Below, piece by piece: positions 37,229 through 48,699 of a stretch of 64,000 nucleotides of DNA. Position 1 is the stretch's first letter; every line of letters starts with the position of its first letter. Where the stretch lies: NCBI GenBank assembly GCA_024137785.1, contig JAHRHZ010000041.1, positions 15,292,385 to 15,356,384 of the forward strand. The letters run 5' to 3'. The position numbers and the translations under genes were made by a program. Source of the stretch: Ginglymostoma cirratum. Its lineage: Eukaryota. The notes beneath the pieces were generated by a model, which worked only from the letters and a program-made list of their open reading frames with translations, searched no databases and was not told the origin of the DNA.

Positions 37229-40200
37229 ATGGATGAGGTAGTGTTTGTTGCCCATGTTAAATTGTTTTTGAAAAATCAAACAAAAAAAAAAACTTAAAAT
37301 CAAGAATGTTTGAAGCTTTCTAATAAAACTATAAAAACTAAAACAAAATCTACTCTCCATATAAAAGGTGAAAAAACAGACTGCGTTTAAAAGCAAAACT
37401 ACTGATTTTCATTTTAAAAATTAACATTCCCTGTAGTGTTAAGGTGGTTTGTGGTCAATCTCATTTGAGGCTTAGAGCAGTGGGTTAATTTAAGTTCATT
37501 AGCTTTAAAGTTAGGGGAAAAAAAAAGGAATCATTTGCATCACTGAACCCTGATAAATTCTAATTTGTTTTAATTCTTAAATTCAGTTCATCAGATTGTT
37601 ATTTTCTGCTGCAGCATGTCATTAATATAAATTCAAGTACTTTAGAAATAAAAGTCACAACAGATTTAATTAAGGTGACTACATCACCAAATCAGTCAAA
37701 ACTTGGCAGCATTTCCTATTGGAGAAGTTGACTAGACTCCATCCTGAATACTGACTGCATTCAGTTCTATTTAGAGACAACAATCAGGAACACCAAGCCT
37801 GTTAGCAGAAGGGCAATGAGGTTTGTTCTCTAGTGCCTGAAAACTCACTTGAGGATGAGGTGCGACAGTTTGAAATATTCAGCCTTTGAAGGACGGCACA
37901 GGAGAGAGAGTGGGGGATTTTATGATGGAGCAAACAGTACTCCAATTTAAATTCCAAATGCAGAAGACACATTGGGTACAAGGAGAAAGGCAAATTTACG
38001 CACAAAGCACTTTGCTTACGGTGAATAAAGCCTGGGTCATAGTCAACAAGTGTAAAGCTGCGGGATCTGAATGTGCATCCGTGTTTCAGCCAAACAGGTT
38101 CTCATGTTATTGCATTTTTGGAGACGGAATTCAATGGCAAAAATGTGGTCGCACATGAAATTGCACTTGCGCAGTTTAAATGTTAAAAATTTTTTAAAAT
38201 GCTTGCAATGGATACACCAGGACATCTCTTCGTAGATATACACAGCACACAGAGTTCAAGGCAGTTGTGGAATAACTCAGTGCTGATAGCAGAAAGCTCT
38301 CAGGCACTCTAAGATATGGTTAACAAAGGACCACCCACCACTCTAATACATTGAAAAACTTAACTGATGGGAGCTTGTTCAAAAGGTTCATCTTGATGTA
38401 TGAAATCTATCTGGAATTCATACACAGCTGCAAAAAGGTTATGTGTAACACACAACAGTGAAAGAAAAGTCTCAAAAAGCAAAAATTTCCTTGGCTCCAA
38501 CACCACATTCCTCACATCAATGCACTTCACTGACAAGGAACTGGAGGGCTGACCTTTCAAATTTCCTCGACAGTCACCTTCAACCTGACCCCTCATTAAG
38601 CCACAAAATCTCTAAGATGTTGGCTGCATTCTCCTCAGAGTAAATGCAGCCATTTATAATAAAAATAGCATGTTGGATACACAGCAGATAAGCAGCTAGG
38701 GCAAGTACTTGCAAGCAGAGCATTAAAGAAAATAGAAGCAACAATAAAGTAAAAGGAGAGGAGGTAAATTAGGATCAGTCTTTGGTAATACAGGGCAGCA
38801 AAACTAATACAAACCAGCTAATCACAAACTAATCAAAGGCAATTCAGTACTATTTCTAGTAAACTTAATTTTTTCAAGCCAACAAACTGAGCGGGTTTCA
38901 AAGCAAGAAGATTACTTTTTAAAAGAAATGTTGAGTATTATGTGAAAGAAATGAGCACATTTTGGTGAAGTATCAAGACAAAGCAATCCTACATTAGTTG
39001 TGTGTAACTCAAGTGCTCAGGACTATCTAGTAAATGTAATCCAACAATAGGACAGCATTTAATGTTGGACACATATGGGTTTGGTAAGCCCAAACTGCCT
39101 GGATACACCGTCAGTATCTTGCCTGCTCTGAACATCCAAAGGATACGCATAATGGTGAAGCAGTAGCAGTGCCATCTCCTCCAGGTGTTGCAACATGTTA
39201 GAATCAGCTTGACTAGAAAAAAATTTGCTTGACATGATCCACTAGTCTTGACTAACAGGTGAAGCTTGCTGCCTCCCAGCTATTACTATGCGATACAGTG
39301 GCAACTCAAGTGGTGTTCACCACTAACTGGGTGTTGGCTTAAATCTAAAAAAAAAATTAGAAAAATGCACAATATGAATTTCAGAGCTGGTGTTATGTCA
39401 GGTGCATAGATCATACAACCTGCTCATCTTTTGGATGGTATCAAACAGTACGTCCCTATGACAGCTCAAGTTACTGACCGCACCCAATCGACCTACACCC
39501 GCAAAACGTGAAACTAGTGCCCAACATTAAATGTGATTTCGCAGACAGACAACACTTGCCAGCTAACCCCGATTGGTTGTCAGCATTATTCACAATGTAG
39601 GATTCAGAGTTGGACTCAGTAGTGCACTGCACTGGAAGCTACATGTATTAATATACAGGGCTCGGTTCTCGGCTCAGACAGAATGGACACGTACATACAC
39701 CATGCCTACTTTCAACTTAAGATGGGTGATAGCAATTGTGGGTTCATTATTCAGTATGATGCCTCGACCAAACTGTCTGGTTTAAAATTTAAACAAAGCC
39801 TGGAAATTGTCAAATCAGGTGTATTTGCCACAGCAATACCTCTACCAATCAGAATCCACTTCCCAACCAGATCAGCAGCCTTCACTCCTGCACTATAAAA
39901 GTCAGTTTTATCTTTGAATTGGTGTTCTTGCAAAATATCCTGTTTGTTGCAAAACAAATTTCAGTCTTTTGCTATCACCAATATTTAAGTTATGCTCCAA
40001 AAATTTTCTTCTGACCCCCACTCCCAAAGACCACATGACTTATTGATTTTCTCTTCACAGGCACCCAATTCAAACTTGTGGGTCTTTCTGTGGGTGAGGC
40101 TGGTAATTCCACACATTAGTGTTGGAAGTTGGACGAAGGGAATGGAATATAGACAAGGGTTACATTGGAGGCCACCTCTACACACTTTGCACCACAGCCT

Positions 40201-40769
40201 AAATTTCCTGGCAAGAATTAGAGCATCAGGAAGTATCTGCCTGGGTCCTTTGTGTTTAATTATTTTGTGGAGGGAAGACCAGCCCGTATTCCAGGGATTT
40301 CCAATCGCCACCTGGGATTAGGGAGCTGTGCTCTGATTTCAAGGCTCTACCTTCAGCTGTTTGTACAGCACAGAAGATTGAAAAAAATACATTTCATGTC
40401 AATCACTGAATACTCCTAGGATCCAGAGCTCAGAACGCTTTCTGGATCACTTCTGTCCCAGTTTTGGACATGACATGAGGAAATGGAAACCATCTTTGGT
40501 TGCAGGACCTCATGTTCCTTGATCTTGCACCCTCCTGTCAAGCAGACAATGCTTCTCTCAGGCATTTTGGTATTGGATGAGAAGGGAAGCAAAAAACCGG
40601 TATTGTCATCAACATTAGTCTCGTCACTCAAGCAGCTCCAGTGATGACCATCTAAACTTGGCAACAGTTTCCAGACAAGGAACAGCAAATAGGTTGTGAA
40701 AGAGGTTGGCATCACTGACATCCTTTGTTTCCAATTACCTTTGAACTTGTCAGCCATTGCAGAAAAGAA

Positions 40770-41000
40770 TCAGGGGTCAATCACACGACTGTGGATCTGG
40801 AATTGTTTGTCAGGTCAGACAAGGGTGGTAGATCTCATCCTATAAACCACACAGAGGGATTTTTATAACAAATCAATTGTACTTTCATGGTCAACATTAC
40901 GGAGTCTAGCTTGATATGTCAGATTAGTTTAGTTTCAATCCAACCAGCTACCAAGGAATGAAATGAACCAGTATCAGCAGAACATCAGCTCTTGGATCAT
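40770..41000 (-). mobile_element. tRNA-derived SINE, decayed
   Basis: ggggtcaatcacacgactgtggatctggaa...ggtggtagatctcatcctataa...ttcatggtcaacattac matches the 63157 family. Confidence 0.55.
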
Positions 41001-41607
41001 GACCACAGAAGCTCCTATTAGGAGCAAATCATGAAGATATTTCCACGTCTTGACAAATATAGCTCAATGTGATAACAATATTTCATTAAAATTATTTAGA
41101 AAAGATAGACTTTATCGTTTACACAGTAAATACGAGTGTGTGTTCAAGAGTTTGTAGAATTCACTTAACAGGCTTGAAAAATCAACTTCCCCATACATTT
41201 GTGTGGAATTTCTAAAGGGCATTTGTGAGCAATAAACATCCAACAGTGCTAACGTCAGCTGGGAAGACTGCGTATTTACAATGGCACGCTGAGTTTACAA
41301 TACTTCAGCCACTTTGTCGAAAGGCATTGTTCCTTTCTCTGCTGACGTTGGCGATCAAGAGAAATCAATAACTAACACCATTACTGGCATCGAGGGAATC
41401 TCGGTTGGACACATTGGGAGGGCTGCTAACTGAAATATGCCTGCATGTAAAAAAAAAGTGACGTTCCCTGACCCAGGATTTCCAGCAGCTGCAGTGTTTT
41501 GTGAACAGAAATAGTTTCACGCTGCATCAGCTGACAATTCACAGCTTTAGGGAAAAGACCTCTGCATCCACATAGAATATGGGACCCAAAAGCAATCTCT
41601 GAAGAGG

Positions 41608-41930
41608 GAGGAAGCAGCATAGGATAATGTCACTGGACTAGTAATCCAGAACCCTAGGTTAATGTTCTGGAGACAGGGACTGTAATCCTACCATGCAGCA
41701 TGGTGAAATTTGAATTTAATCAAAACTAAAGAAAAACAATCATAAAAAGGGGCAACCAGTTGATTGCTGCTAAACAAGTGAAAAACCCTCTGGTTCACTA
41801 ACGTCCTTTAGGGACAGGGATAATGTCCTTTCCAGGTCTGGTTTCCGTGAGACTTCAGACCCACAATGTGGTTGACTCTTAATTCAGGACGGCCAATAAA
41901 TGCTGGCCTGGGATGCCCACATCCCATAAA
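41608..41930 (+). mobile_element. tRNA-derived SINE, near full length
   Basis: aatgtcactggactagtaatccaga head, ctggttcactaacgtcctttaggga core, caataaatgctggcc...gcccacatccca tail. Confidence 0.75.
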
Positions 41931-41962
41931 CCTGTGTTTATCTCATTTGTTTACTATCTCTA

Positions 41963-42780
41963 AGGTAAGGACTGCAGATGTTAGAGTCAGACATAACACA
42001 GTGTGGAGCTAGAGGAACACAGCAGGCCAGGCAGCAAGTTGATGTTTTGGGGTCGGAGCCCTTCTTCAGAATTGGAGTGGGTGGGGAAAGGGAGCTAAGA
42101 AATAGAGGGGTGGGGGTGAGGCTGGGGAAGGTAGGTGGGATGGCGATAGGTGAATACAGGTAGGGAGGTGGTGGGAGTGAAGATGGACAGGCTGTCAGGT
42201 CAAGTAGGCGGGGATGGGGGGGCAGGGCGAATAAAAGAAACAAGATGGGGACATGGACGAGGCTGAGGGCGAGGATATTTTGAAACTGGTGAATTCCAAA
42301 TGTTTAGGCCATCGGGCTGTAGGCTCCCAAGGTGGAATAGGGAGGAGGAGATGTTATTCCTTCAGTTTGTGGGTGGTGTCACTGTGACACTGGAGGGAGG
42401 CAGCCTAGGCTACCTCCCATCACCCAGGGAGAGGGAGCAGGAGTTAAAATGGTTGGCGACCAGAAGGCATTGGTTATGTTAAGAGGGCAGGTGCTCTTTG
42501 AAAAACACAGTCTCCAAATCTACGCTTGGTCTCACCGACGTAGAAGGCCACATCAGGAGCAGCATTTGGAATAGACCAAGTTGGCGGATGTACAGGTGAA
42601 CCCGTCTGATAGGAAAGGTTTGCTTTGGGCCTTGAATGGAGGTGGGGGTGATGTTGTAGGGGCAGGTGTAGTACTTCCTGCGGTTGTTGGGAAAAAGGTC
42701 AGGTCAGATGCGGTAGGGTTACTGGGGAGTGTGGACTGTGGAGCACGCAACCGGACACTGCCATGGAAGGAGCCCCCAGT
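41963..42780 (-). mobile_element. 5'-truncated Penelope-like element (Neptune-like): GIY-YIG endonuclease pseudogene plus 3' pseudo-LTR
   Basis: Frameshifted translation FPNNRRKYYTCPY (degenerate Cys linker), FTCTSANLVYSKCCS*CGL-YVGETKRRFGD, VANHFNS, FHLGSLQPDGLNI; ends in the same pLTR as the short copies, with a decayed hammerhead CTGAAGAAGGGCTCCGACCCCAAAACATC. Confidence 0.9.
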
Positions 42781-44404
42781 ATACAGTATCTGTGTCCTCA
42801 GCGGAAGGGAGGAAAGAAAGGAGGAGCAAGTCTTGGTCAAATATTTCAAAGATGTCAGCAACTAAACCGAACAGTTCAAATCTCACTCACCAAAATGTAG
42901 TACCGGCATCTTGAAAAGTTACCAAAAAAAGGCTAAGATCCACCTAATTGTGGCATCCCAAGATTTCTCAATGTTGTCATGTTAAAATGAGTAATGATTT
43001 ACATAACTGAAAAAAGGTTCAGCTGCTATCGCACTGACGATCAGGTTGAATGTGCCGAGGGGAACCCAAAGCTTGCCACAAACAAAATTTCTAGCATTTA
43101 ACTCAGCCTTGTTAACAAAGTGACAAGAGGTTTGATACATTATAAAGAGCCTAGTGGACTGACACGTACCAGGGTAATGGTAGGACAGTGCAGGTAGTCT
43201 CTGCTGCTTTGTGCTTACAAAGGCCTATAGGTGGAGGAGGTGAAGACTGAACTCTTCAGATTCCCCCAGCTTCACCATAAATTTAAAAAAAAAAAACAAT
43301 TTTCATCACGATTCCCCCATTTCCTGTCTTTCATTCTGGTCCAGTCACTGTCTGGATGATGCCAAAGTGAGATACTAATTGGCTACTGCCAACAATAATT
43401 TGGAAAAAGAGCAATGATAGAGAGAACAGCTAAGGAAGGGGTGGAATACACACTTGACAACAGGTTCCCAACACATTGTACTCTAACCAGTGAACTGAGG
43501 CAGACTCCAGTATTAATTCAGCACTGTCACTTGTTACCTTGGCAACAGCCACGGTTCAGCTGCAGCCAGAAAGAAAAACGAGAAGTCACAGCTCCACATC
43601 AACAGGTCATTCACTGGCAGTTCAGCAAGATGGAGGTCACCACAGCCGCTGACTCCATCAACCCAAAAGCAACAGCAGGACAACGGAAGGATTAGGTTTC
43701 AGTGGCCAAATCAGTTCTGGTTTATGATGGGTGTGCAGGAAAAGCTGCACTCAAATGATACACTTGTGAATCAGACCTTCTGGATCTTTTCACACAAGCA
43801 TTATTGCACAGTGCGGCATTTAGTTTACTGTGGAGAGAGACCTGGGAGGAACACTGATTTAACAAGTTCTATTTAATTAATCAACTGAAACACATGCACT
43901 GACAAACCAAGTCTTTTGTGGAATAGGCTTGAAATCCTTTCTCCTCTCTCTCTTCACTCTTGTATTGTTCCAGGCATCACAGATATGGAATTCCATTCCA
44001 AGAATCTGTCAGCAAAACTCCCAATTTAATTCAGCCTAATCCAAGATAAATCCACGTGTCTTTTTGGTATTCAAAAGATCTCCATCAGCAATAACCTTGT
44101 CCTAAACATTAACATGAAAAGCAGGACTTCCAACAAAGTTCATGGCAAGTCATATCATGGGCTAGTGGAAACAGAGGAGCAAACACTAGCTAGGAAATAG
44201 CTTGAAAAAGGATGCAATTTGGTTCAAAACTCCGCTTATGAAAAATAAGTTCACATAATAGACTTAAAATGTCAATGGCCTTCATCATTTGATGCCTGTT
44301 TAGCAACACACAATTTAAATTTTCTATGGAGACATTACAACACAGGTGAGGTCATTTGGCCAATAGAGTCCATACTGACATTTTGTAAAATCAGTATGGA
44401 ACAC

Positions 44405-45015
44405 AGTTGTTGGTTCATTCGCTGAGCTAACTGGTTTTCATGCATGTTTCATCTCCTTCCTAGGTGACATCTTCAGTGCTGTTGTTCAGTTCTGCTCTGA
44501 ATATATATGGTCCGGTCTGTCATGGTGGTACCATTGTGTTATGTGGATGGAATCCATTTCAACATGTTTGTTTATTGCACTAGTGGTTGAAAACCAGGCC
44601 TCCAGGAATTCTTGTGCTTGTCTTTGTTTTGCTCGTTCTAGTACTGTAACTTTGTCCCAGTTAAACTGATGTTCTTCTACGTTGGAGTGTATTGAAATGA
44701 GGGAGAGCTGGTTGTGTCGTTTTTGCTGGGAGTCGGTGTTAGTGCATCCTGGTGGTGAGTTTCCTGCCCATCTGTCCTATGTCATGTTTCTAGCAGTTGC
44801 TGCATGATATTTTGTATACCACGTTTGTCCTGCTCGTCATGGGTATGGGGATTTTCATCATTGCCAGTTACACTCAAAGTGTGGCTGTTGGTTTGCGTGC
44901 TATCATTCAAAGAGGTTGGAGTCTTGTAGTCTGCTCTGATGTGTTTCTAAAATAGGGCAGGGTAGCCAGTGTGTTGGGACATAGTGTCTTCTTGGTGTTG
45001 TTTATTTGCCAATTT
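44405..45015 (-). mobile_element. 5'-truncated Penelope-like element (Poseidon-like): GIY-YIG pseudogene plus 3' end
   Basis: Translation LATLPYFRNT..., TNVVYKISCSNC*KHDIGQMGRKLTTRMH, HQFNWDKVTVLE, QEFLEAWFS..AINKHVE. Confidence 0.9.
44441..44479 (-). ncRNA. Decayed hammerhead motif of the Poseidon-like element
   Basis: GCA-CTGAAGA-T-GTCACCT(AGGA)AGGAGAT-GAAA-CA-TGC: core boxes present, stem II imperfect, cleavage triplet damaged. Confidence 0.55.
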
Positions 45016-45019
45016 GCCT

Positions 45020-45195
45020 GGATTGCCCTACATGGGGGAAAGGCCTTGACTATTCACTCTATCCATGCCCCTCATGATTTTATAAACTTCTATGAAGGGC
45101 ACCCCTCAACCTCTGACGGTCCAGGGAAAATAGCCCCAGCCTATTCACCCTCTTTCCTATAGCAGGGAGACCAGAATTGAACACAGTATTCAGTA
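45020..45195 (-). mobile_element. CR1 fragment; its tail may be the piece at about 44330-44385
   Basis: atccatgcccctcatgattttataaacttcta...ccccagcctattca homologous to 11120-11225. Confidence 0.7.
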
Positions 45196-48100
45196 CACTG
45201 GAAGCAGTAGGAAGGATGGTAGAGGTATGGGACAGATGCATACATTCGTAAAAATGCTGTGTAACAATTTTGGGTGTAAAAAAGTGTGGCAGAAGCAAGG
45301 ATTAACCGTGTGTCATTAGAGAAAGAATGTTGCAGGAGATGCTTCATGATGTTGAAACCTGTTGTTAGGAGTTGGGAACTGTTGAATGGGTCCTGGCATT
45401 GGGGACAATTGGGAGCATACTGCTAGCTGGAACCAGGATCATCCCAGGATTAGGTGCAGATTAGAAAAAAAAAAGTATTATTGAGGAAACGAAATATCCA
45501 AATGTATTGAATGGTTTGTATGATCTAAAACAATTGCAAGGGCTGGAATGTCAACAATGTATGTGCAAGCAGAGATTCTCCACGTCCTCCCTTTCCCTTA
45601 TAAGGGAACATTCCTTACAAAAAGAACACCTGTTTCTGAGTCATAGATAAGAACAGGACAGATTCCATCAGGGTGAAAACAGGATACACCGTGCATTAAC
45701 TGGCACTTGGACAGTCCCTAGGGATCGACGTGGTGAAAGCTCACCATAAGAACAAGAAAAATTCAGTACAGCAGAGGCTCAAATTTCATCAGCTAACACC
45801 AGGAAGAACAGATTACATAGAATTTGGAAACACCATCAGAAACTGAAAGATGTAGAATTAAAGTCAGAGTCAAGCACGAGGAAAAAAAAAAAAGACCCAT
45901 TCAAGAAAAACAAATTAAGCTTCAAAACATACATCACCCAAAAACTAAACGTTTACAAGCAAATGCACAACACCTACCCTAACTGGTCAATTATAGATGG
46001 ATAACATTCATGTACAAACGACTGCACTGAATATTATGAAATGCACAAATAAAAATTCACATAGGAATACCAACAGCAACATTGGATTTGTAGGTCCACA
46101 GCAAGTATTGAACATTAGCTCAAGCATAAAGCTATTCTCCTAAGGAGATGTTGCATTACAGATGCAGGTCTGAAAACAGTCCAACGAGACTCAGTACTAG
46201 TCCCAGAAACCTTTTGCAATTACGTGCCAGTCTGCAGAAAAAAACTGAAAACCTGACAAGGAAGACCCATTGCAACCAGTTCTAAAGTTCAACATCGCAA
46301 TCCTCTAAGTAACTGTAACCTGCTACTAGTGATTACATCAATTCGCAATAGCAGCCTAATATGACCGATAGCAAATTAGTGTCACAGCTATGGACTAATT
46401 GCATTCATTGTGATATTTGACAGTAGAAGGATACTGCCAAAATTTTCTTCACTTGACTGGGTCTACAGGCCTTTTTGGTTCACATGGTAGAGAAACAACC
46501 ACTAGTGAGTCTTAGGACTTATTGAATTGCTATTATGTAATGAACTAACTCTTACATTAGTTGGATGTTGTTACTAAGAAAACTAGTGGAGGTGGAGGAG
46601 ATCTTAAAATGTACCGCCTTATCCCCATCCAAGCCAGTTTGTCTGGATACCAAACTGGATGAAGCTTAATGCAGTCTCCAACATTAGCTCCTTCATAGCC
46701 ATTACCTTATACAATTATTTTCATGTGCATACTTCCAGGAGCGAGACCGGGGATTTCTCATGCAAATACTGTATTTTTGATTCTGGACTTAAAAAAGGGC
46801 TGTTTTAAAACCAAGGAATTTTGGTAGGAATTGGTGCACTTTAAAAAATGCCCCTAAAAGGCTGTGTGATGGCTACACTGCTACTTTGTTCACATGGTAG
46901 AAAAAGCTGGTTGTAGATGAGATGGATGTGTGCTCATAATACAAACCTAGCTGGTATGTTTGTGCAATTGTCACCAGGCATGGAGGCAAAAGTCAGTCTG
47001 CTGACAACTCTTAATTCCTGGACAGCTAAGCAGCTTGAGAGTGTGAACACTACAGCGAGAAGCCTTTGGCATGTCAGGAGCCATCTCTCTGCAGGAAGAA
47101 TACTGGAAGCCTGAAGCAAGCCAGGAATTTTCTCCCACCAGCTGCCACAGCCGTTACCTTTAAACAATGAGAGACTTTGCAGTTAGCGTGCTAATTGCCC
47201 TTGGCCTCCTATAGTGAAGTGAAAGAACCTGGAGATGAGGACAAAGCGTAGAAAGTCTTGGCAAGTAAATGGAACATCCGAATGGGCCCTGTGGAACGGT
47301 GCTAGTGGAGTTGCATTTCCCATATCTTCCCCTACATCCATTGACTCAATTTTTTTTTCTGTCTGTCCTGTACTTTTGAACATGGGTTTAAAAGTAGACC
47401 GATATAGTGATAGTTCATGACTGTTTCTTTGAGATTAGAATTTTACTTTGTGTCAAGTTCTTGTTAAGTGCAGGAACCGGATCTGCATTTTCTATTAACT
47501 TGGTCCCATCAGGAAGGTTAAAAAAAAACAAAACAGAGAGGGACTTTGCACACTTTGGATAAATAGTTAACTTTCCTGGTGGCACTAGCAGAAGAGTTGG
47601 TCAAGGATCAGTGCACTTTTCCAAATGGGCCATAGCTGTTGTAAATGGAACAGTTTCTCACAGACAACATAACCAAATAAACTCTCCCAGTCTTTTTGGG
47701 AGGAGTCAATTAGAGGAGATTCAAGATCAAATCTATTTTCACGTCCTTGATGTTAAGCTGATTGAGTGCAGCTCTCAGTTTTAAAGGTTGACATAGAGCT
47801 TTCATTTGTAGATAAAAAGTTGGAAGCACAAGGCTCTTGAACAGCACACAACTTAGCATCAGTTTTTTCTCTGCCGTGAATTTCCATACAGCTGCTTTCA
47901 ACAACTGCAGACATTAATCCCAGTGGCACTGTTCCATGCACAATGTATGCAAGGCCAAGAGTCTGCCAATACATGGAATGCTTTCATAACCGAGGCTTCC
48001 AGGTACTGCAACAAACACCTCTTCAAAATATGCTGCACTGGGAACTCAAAGTCAATAATTGTCCTGCACCAACAGATCAGTATCAAGTCATGCCAAGGGC

Positions 48101-48302
48101 AAAATACTGAATTGTGTTATTTATATACTCCATTCGAAGGAAAGTAACAAGATAAAATGCAGTGAAGTCACGGCAATTTCCCAGATTTGAGAAAGGAACT
48201 CAAGGTAACGTGCCTCAAAGCCAGCTTAACAGAAAAGGAATTCCGACTACAACATCAAAACATAACACTTTGTCAATCGCCACTTATGCATCATTTTGAT
48301 TA

Positions 48303-48439
48303 AAGTAAAACAAAACTGCAAATGCTGAAGATCTGAAACAACTGTTCTGAAGGATCATGAGACTTGAAATGTAGACTCTGCTTTCTTTCCACTGAGGCTG
48401 CCAGACCTGCTGGGTTTCTCCAGCAGGTTCTGTTTTGGT
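48303..48439. mobile_element. Fold-back PLE pseudo-LTR insertion (family B)
   Basis: Tail arm aactgcaaatgctgaagatctgaaac joined to inverted ttctgaaggatcatgagacttgaaatgtagactct...gctgccagacctgctg; candidate TSD atcattttgatta / atcatttaaatta. Confidence 0.65.
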
Positions 48440-48699
48440 ATCATTTAAATTAGGTTACTTTCCACATTAGACAAATTTAATTGTGTGGCATACAACCAAA
48501 ATACAATTATGCGACCGTTAACATCACAAATTCTACTTCATCCAGATTCGTTCCACAGCTCGGTGACCAAATAAGACTACATTTTTAGATATGGAACCTC
48601 AGCAGCCCATCATTTCTTCACTTGCTGATGCATGCCAAGGCAGCAGGCTCCAGTTTGGGCAGCAATGGGCATTAGCAACTTCAAGCATGACCCTAGAGC

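Noticed and set aside
40470-40570. CLTGGCKIKE, loosely like a LINE ORF1 esterase CLPGA motif
   Set aside because: The similarity is too weak.
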